64,000 nt of DNA. Origin: Azolla caroliniana. Lineage: Eukaryota; Plantae; Polypodiophyta. Position 1 is the first letter of the stretch; every line of letters begins with the position of its first letter. This document shows positions 1-12,600 of this stretch, in pieces. The stretch spans positions 3,906,001 through 3,970,000 of the forward strand of contig JBHGNT010000014.1 of assembly GCA_043228905.1 (NCBI GenBank), written 5' to 3'. The position numbers and the translations under genes were made by a program. The notes under the pieces are model-generated. The model was given only the letters and a program-made list of their open reading frames with translations. It did not search any database and was not told the origin of the DNA.

Positions 1-93
1 TACTAGCTTGATTTGATGAAATGGAACCACAACTAGGTACAGACTCTACATATCTAGGATGGTCCAATCAAATGGCTCCTATTTTGGCCGGAC

Positions 94-1221
94 TTATTCG
101 TTTAACACATCCTCTAATTGGCTCAAGACATCAAATCTATTCTCATGGCATGGGTTATTAGGCTTAGTAGTTAAATTATTAGAAGTGATAGTAGAACTCA
201 TGGTAGGGTTGTCATGTGCACTTACTTGGTAAACTTGTCGTCTGGGTTTATGTGGACAATTCACAGCAATATGTCCTAGACCACCACAATAGAGGCATAG
301 GCGATGCGCCCGACGTCGTTGTTTCTCAGCATCTAATAAAGGCCCTCGACGTTGTGTTGACTCTATTTCGATCGGAGTGGGACCATCCCTCGTAACGGGT
401 CTGGGAACTTGTGGCAGTGTTGCGACTATTGAAGCATACGTCTGTTCCGGTTGACGGCGTATCATTTGTTGACATTCAGAACGTCGCTCAAATAGGCGAT
501 TATCACATCGCACAGCTCGATTAATGGCCTCTGTAAGAGACTTTGGATCTTCGTGGAAAGTAAGAAGAAGATCTTTAACATCGTTACGCAAACCCTGACG
601 AAATTGATCCATTAAGGCTGCTTCATCCCAAGGGATGTCACATGCCAAGAGAAGGAAATCTGCTGCGTAGGCTGAAGCGGGACGATCTCCTTGTCGGAGT
701 CTTCGAATCTTGTTTATTTCCGTTCTAGTGCTATCGGTGTCTTCAAAACTAGCTTGAAACTCTTTAAGGAATGCCTCGAAATCCTCCAAGAATGGTGATT
801 TCTTCTCTAGAAGTGGTGCAAACCATGCTAATGCGGTACCACTTAGCAAGGTTCCTATTAATCCCACACGAGCAGCATCAGTTGGGTACCGATTGGGATG
901 TAACTGAATCACCAAACGGACTTCATTCAGGAAACCTCGAAACAAAGATCGGGTACCATCAAACTTGGCAGGGAGGCTAATCTTTGGTTCCCTTGGGGAG
1001 TTTTGAACCCCCGCCGCTTGTTCTCGTAATGTTAATATAGTAGCCTCGAGTTGATGAACCCGTTGTGATAACTCCTCATATTGATGAGCTTTCTCGGTAC
1101 TGACTTGTTGTAAATCCCCAAGTAGCCTATGATTTTCTTGCTCTAATGCCACAAACTTAGTCGTGAGCATGTCGAGCTCAGAAAGGACACGCATATACTC
1201 TTGCTCGCTGACGGATTCCAT
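94..1221 (-). CDS. gag: Gag, 375 aa (coiled coil, retrotransposon capsid domain, CCHC knuckle)
   Basis: Contains EPKISLPAKFDGTR, LRQGDRPASAYAADF and CLYCGGLGHIAVNC. Confidence 0.92.
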   Translation of the reverse strand: MESVSEQEYMRVLSELDMLTTKFVALEQENHRLLGDLQQVSTEKAHQYEELSQRVHQLEATILTLREQAAGVQNSPREPKISLPAKFDGTRSLFRGFLNEVRLVIQLHPNRYPTDAARVGLIGTLLSGTALAWFAPLLEKKSPFLEDFEAFLKEFQASFEDTDSTRTEINKIRRLRQGDRPASAYAADFLLLACDIPWDEAALMDQFRQGLRNDVKDLLLTFHEDPKSLTEAINRAVRCDNRLFERRSECQQMIRRQPEQTYASIVATLPQVPRPVTRDGPTPIEIESTQRRGPLLDAEKQRRRAHRLCLYCGGLGHIAVNCPHKPRRQVYQVSAHDNPTMSSTITSNNLTTKPNNPCHENRFDVLSQLEDVLNE

Positions 1222-1534
1222 AACTGAGGGAGAAAAAGAAAGAAGGGAAAAGAAGAAAGCTTGCTAGGGTTATTGGAAAAGGAAACAGAAATATTCATTG
1301 TAATCTTGTTTCATCGTAATATAATCTCATTTCTATTTCAAGTCTTATCTTTCTCACTCTCTCTCACTCACTCTATCTCTCTCACTCTCAGTCTCTCTCT
1401 CACGCACACACACACACACACCCTCTCTCTTTCGCTCTCACTCTATCTTCTACCCACGAGTCTCGACAGTTTGAACCGAATGAGTTGAAACGAATGTATA
1501 GACAATTATTTATAGGTCCTTATGGAGTAATCTA

Positions 1535-1640
1535 GAATGTTCTAGAATATTTTAGATTTTATGATAAGAAATATAATCATGAAATATTAAAGGATGTTCT
1601 AGAATAATCTAGAATGTTCTAGAATGTTCTAGAATATTCT
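1535..1640. promoter_or_regulatory. Heat-shock element arrays in the U3 of copy A
   Basis: Six perfect alternating nGAAn/nTTCn units at 1611-1640 and three at 1535-1547, upstream of a minus-strand TATAAAT near 1508-1514. Confidence 0.75.
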
Positions 1641-1693
1641 AATATCTTGTAATAACTAGAAACATAATTATTATAATCATACAACATATATCT

Positions 1694-1747
1694 TATTACA
1701 ATGGTTAAGGGTTCAACACATAGACCAAGAAGTCGTGGGTTCGATTC
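1694..1747 (+). promoter_or_regulatory. tRNA-like Pol III A/B-box module, antisense to copy A
   Basis: TATTACAATGG (1694) and GGTTCGATTC (1738), starts 44 nt apart. Confidence 0.6.
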
Positions 1748-1776
1748 TTGATAACCAAAATGTTGTCTTCATGACA

Positions 1777-2945
1777 CGGGGGAGGAAGGTAACCTCCACC
1801 TCGTATGTTGACTGAAGAAGAAAAGCTTTTACGGCTTAAAACAAGCGTCAAGGATGTGGTACCAGAAGTTCCACTCCTACATTAGCGAGCTTGGCTACCA
1901 CCGATCCAATTCCAACCCATGTATGTACACTTGACAACTGGCTGACGAGTCCCGGATCTATCTGACCCTATACGTCGACAAAATGCTCATTGTAGGGAGT
2001 AATCGAGTAGAGATCGGAAAATTAAAGTGGATCCTTCACGAAAATTTTGCGATGAAGGAACTTGAACAAGCCCAACACATACTAGGGATGCAGATAGAGA
2101 GAAATCGGACAGCGAAGACCCTCCAGCTCTCCCAGCTTTACTACATACAGAAGGTGTTGAAGTGCTTCAACATGGAGAATGCGAAGCTAGCATCAACTCT
2201 GCTTCCGATGTCAATCCAACTATCGGATAGAGACTCTCGTTCGACAGATGAGGAGAGAAAGCTCATTGGAAAGATACCCTACGCATCAGTGGTAGGAAGT
2301 ATCATGTACGCAATGGTGGCGATCCAACCCGATCTTGCCTATGTCGTAGGGGTCGTCAGACAGTACATGTCGAACCTAGAACGGAAGCATTGGGAGGCTG
2401 ATGAGCACATCTGTAGGGATCTGAGAGGAACCAAGGATGCACGACTTACTTTCGGATCAGCCAATTCGACCGAAGTCAAAGGCCATACCGACTTTGAGTA
2501 TTTGCCAGAAATATGGATAATCCGAAGTCGACATCAGCCTATCTTTTCACCTATGGTGGTGGCAGCATATCATGGAGGTCAAAGCTTAAAGAGTGCATGA
2601 CCTTGTCTAACACAGAGGCTGAGTATATAACAACATCAGAGGCAGCAAAGGAAGCCATCTAGCTGCACCGACTCTTAGTCAACTTCTCAGCGACAAGACA
2701 AATCAACCATTCAACGCCGACCATCTATTGTGACTCATAGAGCACAGTACACCTCATTAGAGATCTAGTCTATCATGCGAAGCCCAAACACATTGAGGTA
2801 CAATTTCATCACATCCATGAGCTCATAATAAAGAAGAAGCTCAAAGTCTGGAAGATCAATACCGAGGTGAACATTGTCGATTGCCTGACGAAGCCACTCC
2901 CAGAACAATGCTTCGAAGCACTAAGGACAATGATGGGACTATGAC
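1777..2945 (+). pseudogene. Degenerate Ty1/copia RT-RNase H
   Basis: YGLKQ, YVDKMLIVG, FAMKEL, PYASVVGSIMYAM, EAEY and KHIEV remnants with stops and frameshifts. Confidence 0.88.
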
Positions 2946-5755
2946 ATGTGACTAAGAAGAAGTGAGCTGAGCGAGGAGCAGAAGGTAAGTTGAAGGCCAA
3001 CCCGATCAAATGAGCTGAAAAGGCAAAGTCAAAAGAATCGAAATACCACGAGGCTGAAGGTGCAGCACTGAGCAAGGACATCAACTGGAGAGAGGAGACG
3101 ATCAAGGGATGAACGAAACTGAAGATAGATCGAGCATCCAACGGGGAGCCCAGGAGCAAGCACAAGCAGAAAAAAAACGGTTGACTAGAGGCCGAGAGTA
3201 AGAATCGAACATGAACCGATGCAAACAAACGAGCTGATTTAGACGCAAGATGATTCAAACAAGTCAACTTGACCGATTCAGACAAGGCAATCTGGAGGAC
3301 ATACGATCTAGATAACTAGCTGAATTAGGCTAGAGCCCGACTTTACCTCTGTAAATTAAGCCATATGCCGATAGTCTTGCATATATACATGTCACTATAG
3401 CTTATATTTGTAATCTAGGTTCACGGGGGAGATAACCCCAATTATTTGTATACATAGGAAAGAGTAGCTCTTTTATGGGGGATTTTGTTGGCATAAAAGA
3501 TTGACTCCTTCCACTTTGTATCCTTAGTGTAAACATATTCTCTAGCTAGGGCTTGAGTATATAAGATCAAAGCCTAATGTTGTAAAGACAGTGTTCCATT
3601 GAAGCTTAATCTATGTCTATCATCTACCTTTCTTCCTCTTCTTCTCGTTGTTGAAAAGTTAGTTCGGTTTGCTCCTCGAGAATCTTCGATTTGGTTGAAT
3701 TGGCTTTCGAAAGGTTAGTCGACATGGCATATGATTTCGATTGTTCGATTGCTATGTCTTTGTTCGGCTCGATTATCATCGTACTTCGACTAGTCAGCTT
3801 CGATCGATTGCTGTTTTTTTATACTCCCACTCAAGCGCGACTAGTCGGTGATCGAGAGACCAAGGTTCGTCGCGAACTACTGCAGCTTGTCAATCCCGAG
3901 GACTTTTGTGAATATGTCAGCTACCTGAAGATTGGTGCTGATGTGATGTAAGTCAACATCTCCAACCTAAACGCGTTCCCGATTGAAGTGGTGATGCACT
4001 TCGATATGTTTGGTACGCACGTGAAACATGGGGTTCTGAGCCAAGTGGATACTGCTCATAGTGTCGCAGTATAGGAGAATCGGATCCTTGATGGGAACGC
4101 CCAAATCCTTCAAAATGCGTTTGAGCTAAACAGCTTCGCATGTGGCGACTGCCACACCTCTGTATTCGGCCTCTATGCTCGACAGTGCGAATGTCGGTTG
4201 CTTCTTACTGCTCCAGTAGATTGCTCCGCTACTGAGGGAGAAGACATATCTGGAAGTCAATTGTTTATCGGCCCTGTAGCCGGCCCAGTCTGCGTTCGTG
4301 TACCCTTCGAGCCAAATAATCGTATTCGACTTATACATGATGCCGAAATCCATCGTCCCACAGACATACCTAAGTACCCGCTTAGCGCAATCGAGATGAA
4401 CATTTCAAGGATTCTACATAAATTGGCTAAGTAGGCCGACCGAATAGGTGAGGTTGAGTCCTGTGATGGTTAGATAGATTAGGCTACCGATGAGTTGTCA
4501 ACACTGAGGCAACTGACACTCTTGTGTTCCAGAATCGGCATCAAGTTTGAGATTCCGTTGACAGGTTAATATCCCGACTGGTGTCCGAATTACTTCCATA
4601 CTGAGGAAGTAATGGAGCTCATGCAAATCTTTCATTTTGAATTTTCCGGATGGGAATGGTTTGACCTTATTGATCTCAGCGAGATCCTTTCCTCTGATGA
4701 CCAGATCATCCACGTACAGGATGATGAAAACCGGGTTGTTCGACTCGTTTCGGATATATAGGGAGTTATTCGATTTTGACATTCGAAAGCCGATTTGGTA
4801 CAGATACTGGGTGATCTTTGAATGCCAAGCACGCGGTGCTTGCTTGAGGTTGTATAAAGGCTTCCAAAGTCGGTAGACTGTTGTCGGGTGTTTTCTCGAT
4901 TCGAAACTGGGTGGTTAAATCATGAAGACCTCCTCGTCTAATTCACCTTGGAGAAAGACGTTCTTTGCGTCCATCTGGTGGAGGTACCACCCTTTTGCAG
5001 CTGCGAGTGCGATGACTGTCCGAACAGTCATATCATCTTCGCCACCGGGGTTAAGGTCTCCTCGTAATCGACTTCGTGCATTTGAGTGTATCCCTTAGCT
5101 ATGAGTCGTGCCTTTTAGAGATTTATTGAGCCATCGACATTATATTTCCCTTTGAAAATCCATCTACAACCGATTGCTTTCTTTCTTGAAGTATGGGGAA
5201 CGAGATCCCATGTCTCATTTTTGCTTAACGCCTACATCTCCTCATTCATTGCTTCGATCCATCGTGGATCCTTGGCTGCCTCGGAGAAGTTTTCCGGTTC
5301 TTGGACTGTCGCCACCTTGTTTATAAAGGAACAATGGTATGCCATATACTCATCGTAGCCTAATCGACTAGCCGGGTTTTTCTCTCGGGTGGAGCGACGC
5401 AACTTCTCGTTTGCATAGTCTAAGGTTTTCTTCGCTTCATTCGTCTGGATGATTGGGATGTCCAGGCCTTTGAACTCCCTGTGAAGGGAGTGAAATCACT
5501 CATTGTCGATTGCATCTTCGTATTTCGGCATTTTGGCCTTTCCTTTGTCTAACTCCGGACTTGGTTGAGATGTGCTTTGGTCACTCGAGGGCTCTTGTGG
5601 TCCACTCAGCCTTGACGTAATCGTACTTTCTTCGAACATGTGTCTGAGTCGAACTTTGTCTTTTATCTCTCGTTCGGCCGATTCCGGGTCAACTAGGGTC
5701 GAAATTGGAGTCAACTCTGGTTCGTACCAGGATGTAGACTCGTCGAAGACAACGT

Positions 5756-6375
5756 TGTCGCGTTATTACGCACGTGAGTGTAGAAGAGCGGGACCACGGG
5801 GGTCTCGAACTAGGGAGAGAGGGGTGCCGAGAAACCGACTCTGGACGCGTTCCAGAGGCAACCGAACACTAGAGAGAGAGAGAGAGAGAGAGAGACAAAG
5901 GAGAGGGAGAGCGTGCGCGCGACACCGACTCTTATGCATAGGAAGCAAGGGTTGTGCTTCCGACTCCACCAAATACACCGATATGCACAAATAGACACAA
6001 ATATGTATATTACAAGGGAAATAATACAACCCTAGGTTCGAGCCGGATCAAGGTAGGTTACAGCTGCAGTTGGCTGTCAAGCCACTGGTTGGGGAGCTCA
6101 CGGGCTGTTGCGCCGAGTGGGGTCTTGCACAGGACCGAGCAGAAGCAAACCTCAAAAGGGGAAAGATACAACCATGGCCCCGAGGAGTTGGGCGGAGCTA
6201 AGGCGGCAAAGTTGTTAGGTTAACTTCTCTTCTTTTGTGTTTGCTCAAAAGGAGGTAGACGACTGTGTTTGCCACTTCTGCCTAGTACAATTTCGGCAGG
6301 TTTTTCTCGTTCTTTATGGCCCTTGCTACCTCTACTATGTGTTGATTCCTTCGTTCGGCTACTCTGTTTTACTAA
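5756..6375. mobile_element. Truncated LTR with a TGTCG terminus (probably the Trp-primed gypsy group) inserted in copia integrase
   Basis: Starts TGTCGCG directly after ACGT within the DVVFDE codons and carries an AG microsatellite. The far end is lost together with part of the host integrase. Confidence 0.55.
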
Positions 6376-7353
6376 GGTGTGTGTCGGTATGAGAATTCTT
6401 GTCCAATTCCTTCCTTTCGGAGGTACACCGTAAACTCGTCTGAGAAGTACTTTTTGCCTCCATCCGATGGAAGGCATCGAGCATGCTGACTTGTGGCTTT
6501 TTCGACCTTGTTTTGAAACCTTTGGAAGTATCTGAACACTTCACTCTTCTGCCACATCGGATAGATCCAGACATGCCTCGAGAAGTCGTTGATGAACGAG
6601 ACATAATATCGGCATCCGCCGAATGTGGCTGTTTGTGCTGGTCCCCATACATTTGAATGTAGGACATCCAAGATCCCTTTGCTCATATTCCCTTGTTTTG
6701 GGGATGGTTGTCAGTGTTGTTTGCCGAATTGGCAGGCTTCACATACACCCGTAATCTTCTTCTCTGTAAATGCCGGAAGTTCAATTACGACCCCTTTCGA
6801 TTGAATCCTTTTATTAAGCTTTTGGGGATTAATGTGGCCGATTTGCTTGTGCCACAGTTTCAAGTCGGTTTCAACTTTGATGTCGTTTGTGAACATGGAG
6901 GACTTCACCTCGCTCGACTCAAGGATGACCTTCCGGCCTCGACAACTGTGCACTTTGATTTGATCGTCTTTTTCAATGAAACACCCTTCCTTATTGAACG
7001 CACTTGCATGCCTTGTTCTACTATTTGGCTGACCGAGATCACATTTTTCGTGATGGTTGGGACATGCAAGACGTGTTTGAGGTAGGTTTGTTTGCCATCA
7101 TACCTAAATGGGACATTTTCGATATGCCGAATCTAGTGAGATGTTTCATCTCCGGTTTCGACATAGCCGGGCCGATCGAGCTTTCCTAATTCTCTTGAAC
7201 TAATCTTCGTGGGACGTAATATGATTGGATGCTCCCAAGTTGACAAACCATACATTATCTGAAGGAGAGGTGTTTGTCTCACCCTGTGTTGACATTGAAT
7301 GCGCTTTGTGCCTCATCATGAACATTTGGCCACGATCGTCATAGTCGAAATTC

Positions 7354-7975
7354 GAAGCATAGTTAGTGATTTGTGGGCTAGTCGAAGTCGATTCTTGTTG
7401 CTTCTTTCGGAACTCATCTTCGTAGTGGCCGAGTTTTCCACAATACCCACATTTGATCGGGTTATTGCGATGGCTTGGTTTGGCAGGATGGCTCCCCCTT
7501 CTGCCAAACTCTCTAGGATTGCTCCTACCATCTTGCCATTGGTAGGAGTTGCATTCTCGGGTCAGCTAACTCTGTGGCCTTCGACCGAATCGACCTCTGT
7601 TTCCTCGGCCGAATCCTCTTCTTTCATCCGACTGGGAGTAGAGCATCTGACCATCAGGTGCATTGAAGCATAGTTAGTGAGTTGTCGGCTAGTCAAAGTC
7701 GATTCTTGTTGCTTCTTTCAGCACTCGACTTCGTAGTGGCCGAGTTTTCCATAGTACCCACATTTGATCGGGTTATTGCGATGGCTCGGTCTGGTAGGAT
7801 GGCTCCCCCTTCTGCCAAACTCTCTAGGATTGCTCCTACCATCTTTCCATTGGTAGGAGTTGCATTCTCGGGTTAGCTAACTCTGTGGCCTTCGACCGAA
7901 TTGACCTCTGTTTCCTCGGCCAAATCCTCTTCTATCATCCGACTGTGAGTAGAGCATTTGACCATCAGGTGCATT
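7354..7975. repeat. Tandem duplication of about 311 bp in the copia gag zinc-knuckle region
   Basis: GAAGCATAGTTAGTGA...CCATCAGGTGCATTG occurs at 7354 and again at 7665. Confidence 0.93.
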
Positions 7976-8739
7976 GCTCCTTTGTTGGGCATGATTTTCT
8001 TCCACCAATAGTATCGATTGAAGGTAAAAAAAGGAAGGTGGATTCTCCCTTGCGAGAATGGCTGATGTAATTGTGCCGAATCAAGGTGCCAAGCCACCGA
8101 GGCATATTTGCACCATCTATTTATCATCAATGATGACGTTGATCGATCCTAGGGTGTCACACAACTCCTTGATCTTCAAGGTATAGCTAGTGATTGACAT
8201 ATCCCTTAGTTGCATGTTATTCAGCTCCTATCGGAGTTGGAGCTTTTGTGCAGCCATATTGGCCACAAAAATCTTCTTGAGATTGCCCCAAGCTTCTTTC
8301 GGCATTTTCGATTCTCGAATATAGCCGATCACGTGATCATGAACGCATGATGCAAGGCAATACAAATACGGCTTGTAGCCTTTTCCCACACTAGGTACTC
8401 GACGTGTGTTGGGTTGGGTTGCGTTTCGTGAGCTCCTTCGGTATAGCTCTAGTAACGTTGTCCAACAAGGTATTGATGCATCTTGTATTCCCAAGCGGCA
8501 AAGTTTGTCCTGTCGAGCTTGTCCATAGGAAGAGCGTTTCCCATTTAAGTATTCATGTGTCGATTTCTTTCTCTGATGCTTGAACTGGTTCTGATGATTG
8601 TCGATGTTGTGATCACAACATAGTTGAGCGAATTTGATCAGACAACCACACGTTCTGATACCATCTAAAGAAGGTGAGACGTAGGTGGTGCTATGCAACA
8701 AAAGCGAACTCTGTGTGTGTGTGAGTACACATAAGGCAA

Positions 8740-8770
<31 letters not shown>

Positions 8771-8773
<3 letters not shown>

Positions 8774-9600
8774 TAGATAGATAGATAGATAGATTATATT
8801 ATCATCTTCGGAGGTCAAATATGACCTATGAGACCGAAAATATTACATTTCACCTGATATGTGTGAAAGTGAGTAGTGACTCTCGATGTTCAAGAACTTT
8901 ACCAATGAATGTTGCAATCAAGAGTGCACATTGTGGTTGTGAGAGGAATTCATGCAAAGATTGGGCTCGGTCGAAGAGATGTGGAAAACATGGTCGAATA
9001 TGATCAAAGGAGAGCATTGTATCAAAGAGTGATACTCAGACTCGTGAACTTGTTTAGGGCAAAGTGTGCATAGCCGACCACTCTCATCAGTTGTGCCCCA
9101 ACGCCATGTTTCACATCGCAATGCATGTGAGCTAAGTCGCATGGAAGCAATGGTTCGAATGGCAGATAACGGTATGGGCTCTAACATGTATCGATGTGTA
9201 CGATTTCCCCGTTCCGCAAAGAATATGGTTTTGTAATTAGGTGCAACATGTGTAGTATAATGTGTGAAGCATGAGCCTCCACATTTGTCCCATGTCATGA
9301 TACATTGGTGTTGCAAAAAGGCCTCATTTACAGAGGAATCTAATGATGCATCATGAAACAAGTGTCTTGCATCCCATCTACCAAACCATTTTTCTATATC
9401 TTGCATCCAACCAGAACACAAAATTTTTCTTTTATGCGTCTTTTGGATCTTTTTGCTTGCTTCCCACACAATTCTAGGAAGTCGATGTGAGGGACTTTTT
9501 TGAACCTTAAGCATGTATTCAACAACCGTTTCCATGGCCATGATCTCAATGGGAAGCGATCCCGTCTCAAGTTGGAGAGGCATATAATGTTCGAGATTCT
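8771..9600 (-). mobile_element. 3' end of a non-LTR retrotransposon (LINE, RTEX-like C-terminus) with an (ATCT)n tail
   Basis: ORF 8918-9631 has RLSSHALRCETWRW...CTLC...ESEYHSLIQC. A 3' hairpin AGGTCA-TATT-TGACCT is followed by (ATCT)n next to (TG)n. Confidence 0.8.
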
Positions 9601-9604
9601 GGTT

Positions 9605-12600
9605 ATGGCAAGAACCAGCAACACGATACAAGTCATACCAAAAATAGTCATGGAAATCATGATAAGAGAAGAAGTAAGTCTAGGAAGAGACTTGTGGAAT
9701 GCCATTATTGCCACAAGAAGGGTCATATCAAGAAAGATTGTTATGCCTTGAAGAACAAAGAAAAGGAAAAGGGTAAAACTCATGGTGATGGACATGTTAA
9801 ACAATTGACTGGTTCATAATCTTCGGTGAAGATAGAGGAAATAAATGCCGCATGTGATGAGGATGTTGACATCTTGGTCATGGATGATAATGCTACCTAT
9901 GCTGAGGCTAATATTGCTTATGCGTTTGCTCATACATGGTTGTTGGACTCTGGTGCTTCATTTCATGTGACTCCACATAGACAGTGGTTCACACGATACG
10001 AAGCTAAACCACTTGGTACAATATGACTTGGAGATTCACATCAGTGTGATATGATTGGCATTGGAGATGTCATGGTACAGTTTTCTGATGGCTCTCAGTT
10101 TAATATACAAAATGTGCGCCATGTGCTTGATCTAACTCGTAGCTTAATGTCTATTGGACAGCTTGATAACATTGGTTTTAAAGTTATCTTTGCTTCCCAA
10201 TCCTTTCGTATTATGAAAGGAAATATGGTCATTTCCAAAGGGAACAAAGTTGGTTCACTTTATGCTTCAGTTGTCCATCGGAAAGCGGATCGTTTGACAG
10301 TCGCAAAACAACCTATGACTTGTATTTGTTGGGAAACATGTCCCTCCGGATGGGAAGAGAAGGACCGTGTTGGTGAGGCCGAGGCCAAAACCAAAACTGA
10401 AACCGAAACCGAAACCGAAACCGAAATTGAAATTGAAATTGAAATTGAAAATCGAAAACCAAAATCGTTTTGGAAGACTATAATTGTAAATAGTCTAAAA
10501 TGCCCCTTGTGGACCACACTTGTAAATAGCCAGAAAGTTGCTTTTACTAGGGCAAACTATTAGTAAGATATAGTTGATCATTATTGAAAAGTGAGAACGA
10601 GGTAGTTGCCTCTGTAACCGTGAGTGAGAGAGTGAGAGTGTAACTCTATAGCCATCTATCAGACGAAGGAGAGCTTGAGGTCGCTGCCTACAAGTTTCGT
10701 ATTTGTACTTCCTCTCTACTATAGTGATCTGTTTTCTTGGGGTTTGTGGATCCCCGTGGTTTTTCCCATTTCGGGTTTTCCACGTAAAATATCGGTGTCT
10801 CTGCGTATTTACGTTTTTCTTGTTTTCTGCACACAAATACGAACGTGAAACCGGTTCTAGCCGGTCGATTCCTAACAGTATTTGGCATGGCCGTTTAGGT
10901 CACATGTCTCATACTAGAATGGAAACTTTATCTCATTTAGCTATTTACCTGCGTTATCATTTTCAAATTTTTCAGTTTGTGAGCATTGTCAATATGGTAA
11001 ACAAACTAGAAGTGTGCATCAGAATATTAATTCTGATTCATCTACCCAACCCTTGGATCTGGTTCATACTGATGTATGTGGTCCTATGCTTACTAGATCA
11101 TTGGGTGGAGCTCTGTATTTTGTTACATTTATTGATGATGCCACTAGAAAGGTTTGGGTGTATCCCATAAAACAAAAGGGCAATGTATACTCTACTTTCA
11201 GAAAATGGCTTGCCTCGGTTGAGACTAAAGCTTAAGGCTTTACATTTTGATAATGGAGGTGAGTATACCTCTCATGAGTTCACAGATTTTTGGGAGTCTG
11301 GAGGCATACGTAGAGAGTTTACTGCCCCTTACACTCCAGTACAAAATGGTGTGGCAGAAAGGATGAATAGAATCATCTAGTACATAGTTGTTTCTATGTT
11401 GCATCATGCAAATCTACCACAAGGTTTTTGGGCTGAAGCAGTTCAGACTGCAGTCCATGTGATAAATCTATCACCTAGTACTGCCAAAGGCTTGAAAGTG
11501 GCGCAAGGGTTGTGGATAGGAAAAACCCCAAACTATGATCATCTTAGGGTACTTGGATGTGAAGCATATGTTCATGTTCCAAAACAATTAAGCCGGAAAC
11601 TAGATTTCAAAAGCATAAAATGTATTTTTCTTGGCTATGGAATAGATGGTTAGTTTGGATATCGCTTATGGAACCCTAAAACGCGCACTATAGTCAAAAG
11701 TAGTGTTGTTGTTTTCAATGAAAAGATTATGCATAAGCAACCAATTAAGGAAGTGGAAGTGAGGAAAGTGGCGTTTCAAGATGTTACACCCTCTATTAGT
11801 TTGCAAAAGAATAATTCCACACCTATGCCAAACAGTCCTACAAATGTTCACCCATATGAGGATGTTCAAAATGAGGATGCATGTGTACAACCTAAAAATA
11901 GTCTAACTCCAGTTCAGCAACCAGGGTGACGATCTACTCGTGTCTCTAGGCCACATGCTAAACTCACGGACTATGTGATGTTAATGGATGGAGGTGAGCC
12001 CTCTTGTTTGGCCAAAGTATAAAGAACGCTTGGTAGCCAAAGGTTTCAAGCAAGTACATGGAGTTAATTTTGATGAAAACTTCTCTCCTATAGTTAAGAT
12101 GACTACATTATATATGTTACTTTCATTGGTTGCAAGTCAGGATTTGGAATTAGTCCAAATGGATGTGAAGACTGCCTTTTTACATGGGGACCTTGATGAG
12201 GATATTTATATGGAACAACCAGAAGGTCATGATGTCTTGGGCAAAGAACACTTGGTATGTAAACTCAAGAAGAGCTTGTATGGGCTTAAGCAGTTCCCAA
12301 GATTGTGGTACCAAAAGTTTGATGCTTTTATGAAGACTCAGGGGTGCACTAGAAGCAATGGGGATCCTTGCCTTTATACGAAAAAATGTTCAGGTGAGAG
12401 TTCCATTATGTTGATACTCTATGTTGATGATATGATTATCGTTGGTAAAAACAAGGATGAGTTATGCTCGTTGAAGAAAAACTTGAGCTAGATTTTTGAC
12501 ATGAAGGATTTGGGAGATGCAAAACATATTCTTGGTATGCGTATGACGATGCATTTACTTGTCTCAGGCTGAGTACATATCCAAGGTACTCAAGCTTTTT

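Larger units (their letters stand above)
1..1776 (-). mobile_element. Ty3/gypsy chromovirus (Tcn1/Tf1-sushi-like) copy A: 5' LTR, gag and start of pol, cut by the window edge
   Basis: LTR starts TGTCATG at 1776 on the minus strand, like copies B and C. The gag is homologous to 59302-60459 and the gag/pol junction is conserved. It is inserted in copia RT sequence. Confidence 0.9.
3870..8770 (-). mobile_element. Degenerate Ty1/copia element (gag-PR-INT-RT-RH) with Met PBS and partial 5' LTR; 3' boundary approximate
   Basis: PBS TGGTATCAGAA on the minus strand near 8653-8663. Motifs LWHKQIGHIN, HSNVWGP, ILYVDDLVI and [18 protein letters not shown]. Confidence 0.88.
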
